Shown: positions 49,606 through 59,332 of the stretch, in pieces
How the letters are laid out: the number at the start of each line of letters is the position of its first letter
Position numbering within the stretch: the first letter of the stretch is position 1
NCBI GenBank assembly: GCA_902523885.1
Contig: CABZAV010000002.1
Coordinates: forward strand, 4,923-68,922
DNA from: an uncultured SAR86 cluster bacterium
Lineage (GTDB): Bacteria; Pseudomonadota; Gammaproteobacteria; Magnimaribacterales; AG-339-G14
Direction: 5' to 3'
DNA: 64,000 bases
Position numbers and translations under genes: made by a program
Notes under the pieces: model-generated
Told to the model about the DNA's origin: nothing
Seen by the model: only the letters and a program-made list of their open reading frames with translations
Database searches by the model: none

Positions 49606-50943
49606 TTATCTATCGAATCTTATTTTTTCAGAAGTAAGGCTTTCAGCAACCATTTTTCCATCTAAAACTATAGGCTGCCCATTCACTATCGTTCCAAAAA
49701 CCGACGAACTAAATTTTTTTCCATCAAAAGGGGTCCAACCGCATTTAGTGAGTTCTGTCTCATTAGAGACAAGAGTTTCTTTATTGAGATCAAACATCAT
49801 GAGATCTGCTTTATAACCCTCTCTAACATAGCCACGATCAATAATTGAAAAACGATCGGCAACTTTATGACTCATGTAAGAAATAACTTCTTCAAGAGTA
49901 TAAAAACCCTGTTTGTGAAGTTCAATCATTATTTGGAAAGAGTGTTCGATAAGAGGAATGCCTGCAGAAGCTTGAAGATAAGGTAACTTTTTATCTTCAT
50001 ACACATGAGGCGCATGATCAGTAGCAACGTAATCGATGAAACCTTCTTTTAACGCTTTGCGTAAGGCGTCTCGATCTGATTTTTTTTTAATAGCTGGATT
50101 ACAAACTATTAAATTACCTAATTCAGCATAATCTCTTTCATCAAACCAAAGATGATGTACACAGACTTCGCAGGTAATTTTTTTTTCTTTTAGAGCTATA
50201 TTGCTGAATAATTCAATTTCTTTTTCAGTAGTTAAGTGAAGGACATGCAAATCAGAGCCATGTTTTTTTGCTAAATTTATTACTTTTGAAGAGGAAAGAT
50301 AACAACATATATCGTTTTTAATAATAGGATGAAAGCTTGCATCTATTTCTTTATTTTCTTGCTTTACTCTCTCTAAGTTTTTTTGCATTGTTTCGTTATC
50401 TTCACAGTGAGTTACGATAGTTACAGGACAATGTTCAAAAATCTGTTCCAAAGCATGATCATCCTCAACCAACAAAGTTCCTGTAGAAGTACCCATAAAA
50501 ACCTTAAGTCCACATGTTTCTTTTGGATCAAGTTTTTTAATTTCTTCAAGATTGGTTTCCATGGCTCCAAAATAGTAAGAGTAGTTAGTCCATGATTTTT
50601 CAGCACCCAATTGATTCCTTTCAGTTAGCAATTCCATTGTAGTCATGTTTGGATTCACATTTGGCATATCAAAAGTTGAAGTTACTCCAGCATGAACTGC
50701 AGCTAGTGATTCTGATCGAATATCGCCTTTTTCGGTAAGTCCTGGATCTCTAAAGTGCACTTGATCATCAATTATCCCTGGTGCTAGGAACTTGCCCTCT
50801 AAATCTATAACTTCTTTGGATTCGCTTGTGATTTCACTTGTTATTTTTTCTATGCGGTCATCTGAAATACCGACATCAACTTGTGTTTGTTTGCCTTCAT
50901 TCACAAGCAAACAGTTTTTAAGGACTAAATCTAATTTATTCAT
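49606..50943 (-). CDS. pyrC: Dihydroorotase, long (type I) form
   Basis: 445 aa with DDQVHFRDPG, GLKVFMG, THCED, VLHLTT and ATDHAPH. Confidence 0.85.
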   Translation of the reverse strand: MNKLDLVLKNCLLVNEGKQTQVDVGISDDRIEKITSEITSESKEVIDLEGKFLAPGIIDDQVHFRDPGLTEKGDIRSESLAAVHAGVTSTFDMPNVNPNMTTMELLTERNQLGAEKSWTNYSYYFGAMETNLEEIKKLDPKETCGLKVFMGTSTGTLLVEDDHALEQIFEHCPVTIVTHCEDNETMQKNLERVKQENKEIDASFHPIIKNDICCYLSSSKVINLAKKHGSDLHVLHLTTEKEIELFSNIALKEKKITCEVCVHHLWFDERDYAELGNLIVCNPAIKKKSDRDALRKALKEGFIDYVATDHAPHVYEDKKLPYLQASAGIPLIEHSFQIMIELHKQGFYTLEEVISYMSHKVADRFSIIDRGYVREGYKADLMMFDLNKETLVSNETELTKCGWTPFDGKKFSSSVFGTIVNGQPIVLDGKMVAESLTSEKIRFDR

Positions 50944-50944
50944 A

Positions 50945-51280
50945 TTATTTTAGTGTAGTTAGTAAAAGTATAATTTTTAAATCCTTAGGATTAATTTCAA
51001 GATTCTGTCTTTGTGGGATTTCATCTAAAGTTTTATATACATCAAATATAGATAAATCTAGAAATGATGCAAGTGAAGATGCAGATCGGCAATAGTTAGA
51101 CCTAAAAATTATTTTTAAACAAAGAAAAAAGGAATTGTCTCTAAAAGAAATAGTTCTTTTTAGAATCTGTTTCAAACAATAAAGATCAACCAATAAATAT
51201 TCATTTGATTCAGTTTCAAAGGAAAAAGATTCAATTATTATTCCTTCTGAGTTTATACAAATTGCGTTTTCTATTTTCAT
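50945..51280 (-). CDS. Hypothetical protein
   Basis: 111-aa ORF packed between the Smr-like ORF and pyrC. No family recognised. Confidence 0.45.
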   Translation of the reverse strand: MKIENAICINSEGIIIESFSFETESNEYLLVDLYCLKQILKRTISFRDNSFFLCLKIIFRSNYCRSASSLASFLDLSIFDVYKTLDEIPQRQNLEINPKDLKIILLLTTLK

Positions 51281-51505
51281 TTAAATTTGTCTAACTATAA
51301 CAGTTCCATAGTTATGGCCTTTTCCTTCTTCATAATTAGACCCCACTCTGTCTAAAACTTGAATTACTAGTGAAATCATTTTTTGGCTGTTTCCACATAT
51401 TATCAGCAAAGGGCAATTATCTTGATTTAAAAAAATAAAGTTTTCTACTATTAAATCAACTTCATGGTGTCGTTTACCATGCAAATCTAAAGTGGTTAAT
51501 TTCAT
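51281..51505 (-). CDS. Minimal Smr-domain-like protein (74 aa)
   Basis: LDLHG motif near the N-terminus. IICGNS replaces the usual HGxG. Confidence 0.45.
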   Translation of the reverse strand: MKLTTLDLHGKRHHEVDLIVENFIFLNQDNCPLLIICGNSQKMISLVIQVLDRVGSNYEEGKGHNYGTVIVRQI

Positions 51506-52284
51506 AATCTATATCTTGATATTTCTACTCCATCAGGATGAGATTTTGAATACTCCCTTAAAGTAGGAATGAATTTACTCTCATAATTAGGAGAAGTTCT
51601 GACATAGTCTAAGTAGTCTTCTAGATTGAATAAAACTACATTATCGGCAAATACCCAAGCGCCCTTTTTTAGTAAACCAAATTCTTCTAATAATTTTAAA
51701 TCTTTGAGGTATATATCTTTCCAATGATCTATAAAGACAAAATCATATTGCTCTTTTAGTTTAGGAATTATCTCACTTGATTTCCCTACTTTGAGTAAAT
51801 GATTCTTAGACAGACCACAAATTTTAATGTGTTCTTTTGCTATTCGAGCAAATTCCTCATTTGCCTCAATAGAAGTTAACTTTGAGACATCATTTAAGTT
51901 GTTTAATATTCTTATAGTAGAGTAGCCAAGATAAACTCCCAATTCCAAAATATTCGATGCCTGTGAATCTCTAATTGCTTCTTCAAGAATCTCCCCTTTT
52001 TGATCTCCGATATTCATTAAAAAAGTTTTCTTGTATGCGTAATTATCAATTATTTTCAAAATTGACTCAGGACTATTTTTGATAGCATTTTTTCTAACAA
52101 GCTCCAGAACTTCAATTTCTTTAGGTTTTTTAAATTTGGTTTTAGTCAGGAAACTGTCTATAAATTCTTGATAAGCTAGACTCAAAATGCCTAAGATACT
52201 TTTTCTATTAACATTAAAAGGTAATTTAGATTTTTTATTTAATTTATTTCTTGTCGAGCTCATCAGGATATAATCTATTATCAA
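51502..52284 (-). CDS. Catechol O-methyltransferase-like SAM-dependent methyltransferase (animal COMT type)
   Basis: Resembles rat/human COMT throughout: [32 protein letters not shown] and FADNVV. The Mg ligands and the Lys are conserved. Confidence 0.85.
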   Translation of the reverse strand: [260 protein letters not shown]

Positions 52285-52299
52285 TTTTAAAGTAAAAAC

Positions 52300-53346
52300 A
52301 TGATCAGAGCATTTTATAAATCAGAAGAGTGGGTTCTCTGGGCTTATGGTGGTCTAGCGCTTTTGATTTCCTCTCTTTGGGTTCAAGTGCAGCTGACTGT
52401 TGCCATTAATACTTGGTATGGAGGCTTTTACGATCATCTTCAAAAAGCTGCTGACTTTGCAGACGATCCTCAAGAAGGCATAGATATTTTTTATGATTTT
52501 TTAATTTCCACCGATTATTTGGTAAATGGATTTGAAGGCCAACCAAGTTTTTTAGTAATTGCAATGCCTTATGTGATACTTGCAACATTTACAGCTTGGT
52601 TTACTAGGATCTATGGTCTTAGATGGAGACAAGCAATAACCTTTAATTACATACCCAGATGGCAAAGCGTTGAAGAAGAAATTGAAGGCGCTAGTCAGAG
52701 GATCCAAGAGGACTGCAATAGGTTTGCTCGAATTGTTGAAAGTCTGGGCTTACAAGTTGTCAGAGCAATTATGACTTTGGTTGCCTTTGTTCCTGTTCTT
52801 TGGGGTTTGAGCGAATCTGTAACCATTCCTTTCTTCAGCGATATTCCAGGTTCATTGGTATGGACTGCTCTTTCAGTTTCTGTGGGGGGATTAATAATTT
52901 CTTGGTTTGTTGGTTACAAATTGCCTGGTCTCGAATATAACAATCAAAAAGTAGAAGCTGCTTTTCGTAAAGATTTGGTTTTAGGTGAAGACGACAAAGT
53001 TAATTATGCCCAAACTGATACTTTGTGGAATTTATTTACTGGCATAAGATTTAATTATCAAAGATTGTATTTGCATTATGGCTATTTTGATATTTGGATT
53101 GAAAGTTATGGGCAATTTATGGTGGTAGTTCCTTTTTTAATCATCGGACCTAGTTTGTTTACTGGGGCAGCTCTATTGGGAGTTGTTATTCAGATAGCAA
53201 ACGCCTTTGACAGAGTGCACAGTGGTTTTGCTTTATTTCTTTTTAATTGGACAACTATTACCGAACTTAGAAGTATCTGGAAAAGATTGCATGAGTTTGA
53301 AGCTAACTTGGATAGATACTCAAAGCCAGACGAGCTTACTGCGTAA
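52300..53346 (+). CDS. SbmA/BacA-like family membrane transporter
   Basis: TM-only protein with the EGASQRIQEDCNRF motif recalled from SbmA/BacA. Confidence 0.65.
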   Translation: MIRAFYKSEEWVLWAYGGLALLISSLWVQVQLTVAINTWYGGFYDHLQKAADFADDPQEGIDIFYDFLISTDYLVNGFEGQPSFLVIAMPYVILATFTAWFTRIYGLRWRQAITFNYIPRWQSVEEEIEGASQRIQEDCNRFARIVESLGLQVVRAIMTLVAFVPVLWGLSESVTIPFFSDIPGSLVWTALSVSVGGLIISWFVGYKLPGLEYNNQKVEAAFRKDLVLGEDDKVNYAQTDTLWNLFTGIRFNYQRLYLHYGYFDIWIESYGQFMVVVPFLIIGPSLFTGAALLGVVIQIANAFDRVHSGFALFLFNWTTITELRSIWKRLHEFEANLDRYSKPDELTA

Positions 53347-54325
53347 CTTCTTTCAAAAAATTTAATAAATACTTGTTTACCTCTTCAGGTTTTTCTTGTT
53401 GAACCCAATGTCCTGCTCCTTCGATCATTTGAATGTCAATCAAGTTTTCGTAAAATCCGCCAATTGTACTTTTAATATCATCGGCATCTTTATAGCCCAC
53501 TCCATTGAAAAAGTTCACTGGGTCTAAAGAGCCAGTAATGAAAGATGCAGGTTGTTTTAATTTAGCATCTTTAAAATCTTTCAAATCTTCAAAATCTATT
53601 TCCAAGGCACGATATCTGTTAATTGGACCACGCATTCCACTAATTTCAAACTGACTTACAAAATAATCCATCTCTTCTTTGCTGATCCATTCTGGGTAAA
53701 CATCAAATTCAAAAGTGCCCTCAAGGAACTTAGAATTTAGATCTTTGTCTATAGTCTCTTCTGTGCTTTCGAAACGCTTTAGCATGCCTCTAGCGTCTCC
53801 GGAAAAATAAGTCAGCTCTAACCCTTTTCTCATGTCTTTTTCAAATTCTGCTTCCGCTTCACCTTCTTTTTGAAAATAAAGAATATAAAAAAACTTGCCC
53901 TCGAATACCATTTTGAATAATTCAATTTGTGACATTTCTCCTCTGGGACTATATGGAACGGAAAGACCGGCAACAGCGCTTATTCTGTCTTCATTGAATA
54001 ATGCAGTGGTATGTATAATAGGTGCTCCCCAGTCATGTCCTACCAAAATTGCTTTTTCAAATCCGAGAGTCTCAATCACACCAATAACATCATTGCTGAT
54101 TCTCTTAAGTGAGTAGGCGTCAATTTCGTGAGGTTTATCAGATTCTCCATAACCCCTGACATCGATCGCTGCTGCTGTATAACCGGCTTCAGCAATTTTT
54201 GGTATTTGGTGTCGCCAGCTATACCAGCTTTCAGGCCATCCATGTACCATCAATACCAAAGGGCCTTCCCCTTCAACTGCTGTTTTTATTTTTATACCGT
54301 TTGCATCTAATACTTTAAATTCCAT
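53336..54325 (-). CDS. Alpha/beta hydrolase, epoxide hydrolase-like
   Basis: HGWPESWYSWRHQ and nucleophile GHDWG. Confidence 0.85.
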   Translation of the reverse strand: MEFKVLDANGIKIKTAVEGEGPLVLMVHGWPESWYSWRHQIPKIAEAGYTAAAIDVRGYGESDKPHEIDAYSLKRISNDVIGVIETLGFEKAILVGHDWGAPIIHTTALFNEDRISAVAGLSVPYSPRGEMSQIELFKMVFEGKFFYILYFQKEGEAEAEFEKDMRKGLELTYFSGDARGMLKRFESTEETIDKDLNSKFLEGTFEFDVYPEWISKEEMDYFVSQFEISGMRGPINRYRALEIDFEDLKDFKDAKLKQPASFITGSLDPVNFFNGVGYKDADDIKSTIGGFYENLIDIQMIEGAGHWVQQEKPEEVNKYLLNFLKEVTQ

Positions 54326-54354
54326 AGGCTATAATAACCATAAAGATTACTATT

Positions 54355-55023
54355 ATGGCAATTCTTAAAGCAGCAATTATTACTGTCACTCCATTCCAAC
54401 AAAATTGTTCTGTGATATGGAAAGAAGAAACAAAAATCGCTGCCGTTACTGATCCTGGCGGAGATCTGGAATTAATAGAAAAATTCATCAAGGATCAAAA
54501 TTTAACATTATCAAAGATATTTATAACCCACGGACATCTAGATCATGCTGCGGAAGCTAAAGCGTTAGCTGATAAATTCAATGTAGTGATAGAGGGACCT
54601 CAAATTGAAGATGAATTTCTCACCTCAACGCTAGAAACTCAAGGCAAAGCTTATGGCATGCCAAATGCTCAAAACTTTACGCCTGATAGGTGGCTCAATG
54701 AAGGAGATCAAATTGAATTAGATGGAGAGAAATTGGATGTTTACCATTGCCCTGGTCATACTCCAGGACATGTAATCTTTCATCATGTTGAATCTAAGCT
54801 TGCAATCGTGGGAGATGTTTTGTTTCAAGGTTCTGTAGGAAGAACCGATTTACCTGGCGGTAATATGGAAGCGTTGATATCGGCAATCAGAGAAAAACTT
54901 TTACCTTTGGGAGATGACATAACTTTCATTCCTGGACATGGACCAATCTCTACTATAGGGCAAGAGCGTTTGACTAACCCTTTTGTTGCCGATCAACTCT
55001 TTAAAAAATCTGCATCTGAATAG
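54355..55023 (+). CDS. MBL-fold metallo-hydrolase (glyoxalase II-like)
   Basis: THGHLDH motif and downstream His/Asp ligands. Confidence 0.85.
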   Translation: MAILKAAIITVTPFQQNCSVIWKEETKIAAVTDPGGDLELIEKFIKDQNLTLSKIFITHGHLDHAAEAKALADKFNVVIEGPQIEDEFLTSTLETQGKAYGMPNAQNFTPDRWLNEGDQIELDGEKLDVYHCPGHTPGHVIFHHVESKLAIVGDVLFQGSVGRTDLPGGNMEALISAIREKLLPLGDDITFIPGHGPISTIGQERLTNPFVADQLFKKSASE

Positions 55024-56165
55024 ACAAATTCTTCAAATCTTTTTAGCACCTGTTTAGCATTCTCATGATAACAAGGAGCAATCTGCATCATGATGGTTCC
55101 GCCTATGTCTTTTTCTTTATCAAACCAAAAGAAGGTATTCATTATTCCTGACCAAGCACAAGAGCCTTTGGTTCTTCTATTCGGTATATCTTCGGAATTA
55201 ATCATAAAGCTATAGCCCCATTTTTTTTTGATTCCTGGAAACCATTCATTTGGAGCGATGATACTCGGGCTGAAAGTTGGTTGGAAAGGCACGTTGAGTT
55301 CACCGATTTGATTAGTAGTCATTTGTTTGACTGTTTCACTGCTCAATATATTCTCTCCATTTACCTTGCCAGAATTTAGGAACATTCTTAAGAATTTTGC
55401 ATAGTCTTCTGGGCAAGAAAATACACCGCCGCCGCCATAGGCAAATTTGTCTATTTGAGGAGGCGACATTAAATCGCTGATATCAACTAAACTTCCATTC
55501 TCTTCGATTGAATATATTTTGGGTAATCTATCCTCGCCTAATTTTGAAATGTCAAAGGAAGTATTGTTCATCTCTAAAGGTTTGAATAATTTTTCCGTCA
55601 TGAAATCATTCAAAGATTGCTCTGATAGAGTTTCTATAATCCTACCTATCCAACCCAAGCCAATACCGTAGTGCCAATATTTACCAGGTTGCTCTATGAG
55701 TGGAGCCTCTAAAAACTTTCCTTCTTTATCTAAAAGACCGGCTATTTTTTCATCCAATAATAGATGAGAAAGTGTTTCGTGATGAAAATCATATCCAAAT
55801 CCTGATGTGTGAGTTAATAGTTGATGCAAAGTTACTTTTGTTTCTGGTTCGCTATAAACAATTTCATTATTTTCCAAAGAAGCAACTTTAAGACTCTTTA
55901 AATCATCGATATAATTTTCTGCTGGAGACTGAAGATCTAATTCTTTTTCCTTAGCAAGTATCATAAAGGCAGAAGTGGTTAAAGCTTTAGTCATTGAGGC
56001 AATTCTAAAGACTGCATTAATTTCAAGTGGTTTGGTTTTCTCTAAGTCTTCGTAACCTACTGAACCTGATAATAAAGTTTCTTTAGAATTGGTTACAGCG
56101 AAAGAGGCATATGGAATGTTGCTTTCTTTTAAAGCAGCTTCAATAACTTGGTTTATTTCTTCCAT
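54993..56165 (-). CDS. Serine hydrolase, class C beta-lactamase/esterase family
   Basis: The S-x-x-K motif SMTK is near aa 57 of 390. Confidence 0.85.
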   Translation of the reverse strand: MEEINQVIEAALKESNIPYASFAVTNSKETLLSGSVGYEDLEKTKPLEINAVFRIASMTKALTTSAFMILAKEKELDLQSPAENYIDDLKSLKVASLENNEIVYSEPETKVTLHQLLTHTSGFGYDFHHETLSHLLLDEKIAGLLDKEGKFLEAPLIEQPGKYWHYGIGLGWIGRIIETLSEQSLNDFMTEKLFKPLEMNNTSFDISKLGEDRLPKIYSIEENGSLVDISDLMSPPQIDKFAYGGGGVFSCPEDYAKFLRMFLNSGKVNGENILSSETVKQMTTNQIGELNVPFQPTFSPSIIAPNEWFPGIKKKWGYSFMINSEDIPNRRTKGSCAWSGIMNTFFWFDKEKDIGGTIMMQIAPCYHENAKQVLKRFEEFVYSDADFLKS

Positions 56166-56182
56166 AACACTCTCCTAGTTAA

Positions 56183-56257
<75 letters not shown>

Positions 56258-56278
56258 AAATCTTAATTTGAAAGAAGA

Positions 56279-57019
56279 TTATACATCTTTGAATTTTCTT
56301 TTCTTTTCTTTGTTCTTAGGAATAGGATATCGGTTAACACCAACAATTTTATCTAGATGAATATTATTCCAGTCAAAAAAAACTACCTCTTCTCTTTTTT
56401 TGCATAAAATAGAACTATTACAATAAAGTTCCTTAACCTTTTTATATCTTTCTTTTTTATCTGCTTTGTGAGAAAAGAAACCTGTCATTGGATTGGACAT
56501 TCCACTATCAATCAAATCAAACCCAAGACCTTCGTTAAATAGAGCTCTAAGACCAATATCTGAAAATTGAAAAAAATGCCATGGCCTTTCATGGGAGCTA
56601 AAGGAAAAATGAGTCAAAATAAAAACATAACCGTTTACTTTTAAGTTTTTTTGAATTTGTTCTGCTGCTACCCAAGGCATATGTAAATGCTCAAAAACTG
56701 CAGCAGAATAAATTAAGTCGAATTTTTCGGCATCTAAAAAATAATCAGATAGTTTATGAACATCCCCGACTATGTCGACATTTTCGCCCTCTAGAAAATC
56801 AAAACCTATATATTCCGCTTTGTTGAATTTTTCTCTGAAATTAGCACCTGTTACATTTCTAGATCCTATTTCTAAAATTCGTTTTCCTTTTTTATTGAAA
56901 TTTTCTGATAAATAATCAATCCAAGCGCCATCTTTGTAAAGTTTTGGAGGATTTACTTTATAATCTTTAAACCTGAAAGCTAGAGATGAAATAAATCCAA
57001 AGATTCTTCTTATATCCAT
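56279..57019 (-). CDS. Class I SAM-dependent methyltransferase
   Basis: Motif I ILEIGS and the post-I acidic residue pattern. Confidence 0.75.
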   Translation of the reverse strand: MDIRRIFGFISSLAFRFKDYKVNPPKLYKDGAWIDYLSENFNKKGKRILEIGSRNVTGANFREKFNKAEYIGFDFLEGENVDIVGDVHKLSDYFLDAEKFDLIYSAAVFEHLHMPWVAAEQIQKNLKVNGYVFILTHFSFSSHERPWHFFQFSDIGLRALFNEGLGFDLIDSGMSNPMTGFFSHKADKKERYKKVKELYCNSSILCKKREEVVFFDWNNIHLDKIVGVNRYPIPKNKEKKRKFKDV

Positions 57020-57076
57020 TAAAAATTCACCGAAAACAATTATACAACTCTTACTTTTTTTTTATAAAATATTTTT

Positions 57077-57379
57077 ATGAAAAAAATAATTCTATTTTTA
57101 ATTTTATTAAGTCTAAATTCTTACGCAGCATTTGATGATATTTGTTTGATTCCAAATCTCAATCTAATAACTATTAAAAACGAACTTCAAGAAAAAGGCT
57201 GTAAAAAAAACGATATTCTCTATGTCATGTCAGAAAAACAAACGGACTTACCTTTTATAATGGCCAACTATTGCATGTATCGAAATCATGAGATTACACA
57301 AAACGTTACTCAAGAGGTTTCTATTGTCTACCATTTAACCTGCGTATTTCGTGGTGAAGGCAGGAAATTCAGAAATTGA
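57077..57379 (+). CDS. Hypothetical secreted Cys-containing protein
   Basis: Signal peptide MKKIILFLILLSLNSYA. 100 aa. Confidence 0.5.
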   Translation: MKKIILFLILLSLNSYAAFDDICLIPNLNLITIKNELQEKGCKKNDILYVMSEKQTDLPFIMANYCMYRNHEITQNVTQEVSIVYHLTCVFRGEGRKFRN

Positions 57380-57389
57380 ACTTTAATAA

Positions 57390-58442
57390 TTAACTGAGCG
57401 TATTAAATTTTATTAAACTATCAGCAGCCGATTTTATAGCTTCTTTTGCAGGTCTAGGTTTCCAGCCCAATAAATTCCTTGCTCTTGAAGAATCTAATTT
57501 TCTATTTTTTCCTAGTTCTGGAGTAATCATTTTTAAAGGTGGTCTTAAAAAAGCAAAAAGTTTTAAAAGCCAAGTTGGTGCTTCGCGAGTTGGTATTTTA
57601 TTTTGAAATTCCGGAAAAATATCTCTTAGAAAATCAGTCTGCTCTTTCATCATCATATTGCTTTCTGAACAAACAAATCTTTTCCCTGCTGCCTCAGGAT
57701 GAGTCATTGCAAGTAATTGGAGATCTGCAACATCTCTAACATCAACCACTCCCATATCCATATTTGGTACCATCGGGTAATTACCTGACATCATTTCAAG
57801 AATTACTCCAACACTTGTCCCATAGTCTTCCTCAAGCACAGGGCCAAAAACCATTGCCGGATTTACAACAGAAAGTTCCATTCCACTGGAATCTTTTTCT
57901 ATAAATTCCCAAGCAGCCTTTTCTGCTAGCGTTTTAGATTTAGCGTAAGCACTTGTATTTTTGTGATTTACATCAGTCCAATGCTCTTCATTAAATGAAA
58001 AATCTTCATCGATTTCATCGTCTCTGCCATAAAGGATTGCTGCAACAGAAGACGTCACGACAACTCTCTTCACACCAGCTTCTGAAGCTGCTCTTAAAAC
58101 ATTTTTCGTACCTTCTAGAGCAGGAGTAATCAATTCATTTTCATCTTTGGGATTTTCCATCATGACAGGTGAGGCGACATGAAGAACATAATCACACCCT
58201 TCCATTGCTTCTTTCCACCCTTCCGATTCAGTTAGGTTTGCTACTTTCCAATCTATCGCTAGTTCTGATTGTCCTTCATATTCTTGCAATCCATCTGAGA
58301 TAATTTGGTTTAGTTTATTTGTTCTACCTAAATCTCTAACTGTTGATCTCACATTAAAGCCTGCTGCTGTGAGCTTGATAATACAATGAGTGGCAATAAA
58401 CCCTGATCCTCCAGTGACCAATACTGTCTTCTTTTCTTCCAT
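57390..58442 (-). CDS. NAD-dependent epimerase/dehydratase family (aldehyde / dihydroflavonol reductase-like)
   Basis: VTGGSGFIATH and YAKSK (YxxxK). Confidence 0.85.
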   Translation of the reverse strand: MEEKKTVLVTGGSGFIATHCIIKLTAAGFNVRSTVRDLGRTNKLNQIISDGLQEYEGQSELAIDWKVANLTESEGWKEAMEGCDYVLHVASPVMMENPKDENELITPALEGTKNVLRAASEAGVKRVVVTSSVAAILYGRDDEIDEDFSFNEEHWTDVNHKNTSAYAKSKTLAEKAAWEFIEKDSSGMELSVVNPAMVFGPVLEEDYGTSVGVILEMMSGNYPMVPNMDMGVVDVRDVADLQLLAMTHPEAAGKRFVCSESNMMMKEQTDFLRDIFPEFQNKIPTREAPTWLLKLFAFLRPPLKMITPELGKNRKLDSSRARNLLGWKPRPAKEAIKSAADSLIKFNTLS

Positions 58443-58496
58443 GATTTAATTTTAAATCAAATGATGTAAAAAATTAAATAAGTTTTTTAGATCTGG

Positions 58497-58892
58497 TTAA
58501 AAAGTCGAAACGTCTTTCTGTCTCTTGTTATGTGCGATTCTCAAGATCACTGTCGTAAATAAAGAGAGCACAAAACTTATAATCATCGCAATTCTTATAG
58601 GAGAAGTAAAAAATGCTAAAAATTGAACAAAAGTAAAGGATGCGAACATGACATAAACAGGCCAAACTGAAGAAGTAGGATTTTTGCCGGAGAAATATCT
58701 AAAAATAAAGTAAGCCCCTGTTAAGTACAAAGTTGGTCTCACAGTTTTAGTTCTTAAAGATTCTAACTGATCTGCATCCACACCTAAAAGAAGAAAGTTC
58801 GTATGATATTTGAGTTCTAAAATACCATCTATTGATAGAAATATTAGAGTAAGGAATAGCCCACCCATTAAAAGCTTTATAAACCTATCCAT
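58497..58892 (-). CDS. Hypothetical four-TM membrane protein, tandem paralogue 2
   Basis: 131 aa. Shares RYFxGKNPTSxxWPVYV and the C-terminal AHNKRxKxxSTF with the neighbouring ORF. Confidence 0.55.
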   Translation of the reverse strand: MDRFIKLLMGGLFLTLIFLSIDGILELKYHTNFLLLGVDADQLESLRTKTVRPTLYLTGAYFIFRYFSGKNPTSSVWPVYVMFASFTFVQFLAFFTSPIRIAMIISFVLSLFTTVILRIAHNKRQKDVSTF

Positions 58893-58936
58893 CCAAAATC
58901 TCCCAACTCTTCAAACTGAAACAATTTTAACAGAAC

Positions 58937-59332
58937 CTAGAAAGTTGAGATTTCTTTTTTTCTTCTATTATGGGCAGTCCTAAAAATGACAACTGCAAAA
59001 ACACTTATTAGTAAATTTATGATCATAAAGAGATTTATTTTTTCAAAAGTAAATAAAGCAATGAATTGAGTAAAGCTAAAAGATATTGTTATTACATAGA
59101 CAGGCCAAATTGTAGAAGTGGGATTTTTTCCAACGAAATATCTATAAATAAAATACAAAAGAGTCAAATACAGTGTCGAATCAATAGTTCTTGATTTCCA
59201 ATTTGAAAGCTCTTCTACTGTCAATCCTGAACCAGGAAAGTTTTGATAATCAAAAAAAACTATTCTTAGGATCGCCATCCCAAGAAAAAAAATCGCCGCA
59301 GCGATCATAATTCCATCAACTATCCTATTCAT
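58937..59332 (-). CDS. Hypothetical four-TM membrane protein, tandem paralogue 1
   Basis: 131 aa, same pattern as 58497-58892. Confidence 0.55.
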   Translation of the reverse strand: MNRIVDGIMIAAAIFFLGMAILRIVFFDYQNFPGSGLTVEELSNWKSRTIDSTLYLTLLYFIYRYFVGKNPTSTIWPVYVITISFSFTQFIALFTFEKINLFMIINLLISVFAVVIFRTAHNRRKKEISTF

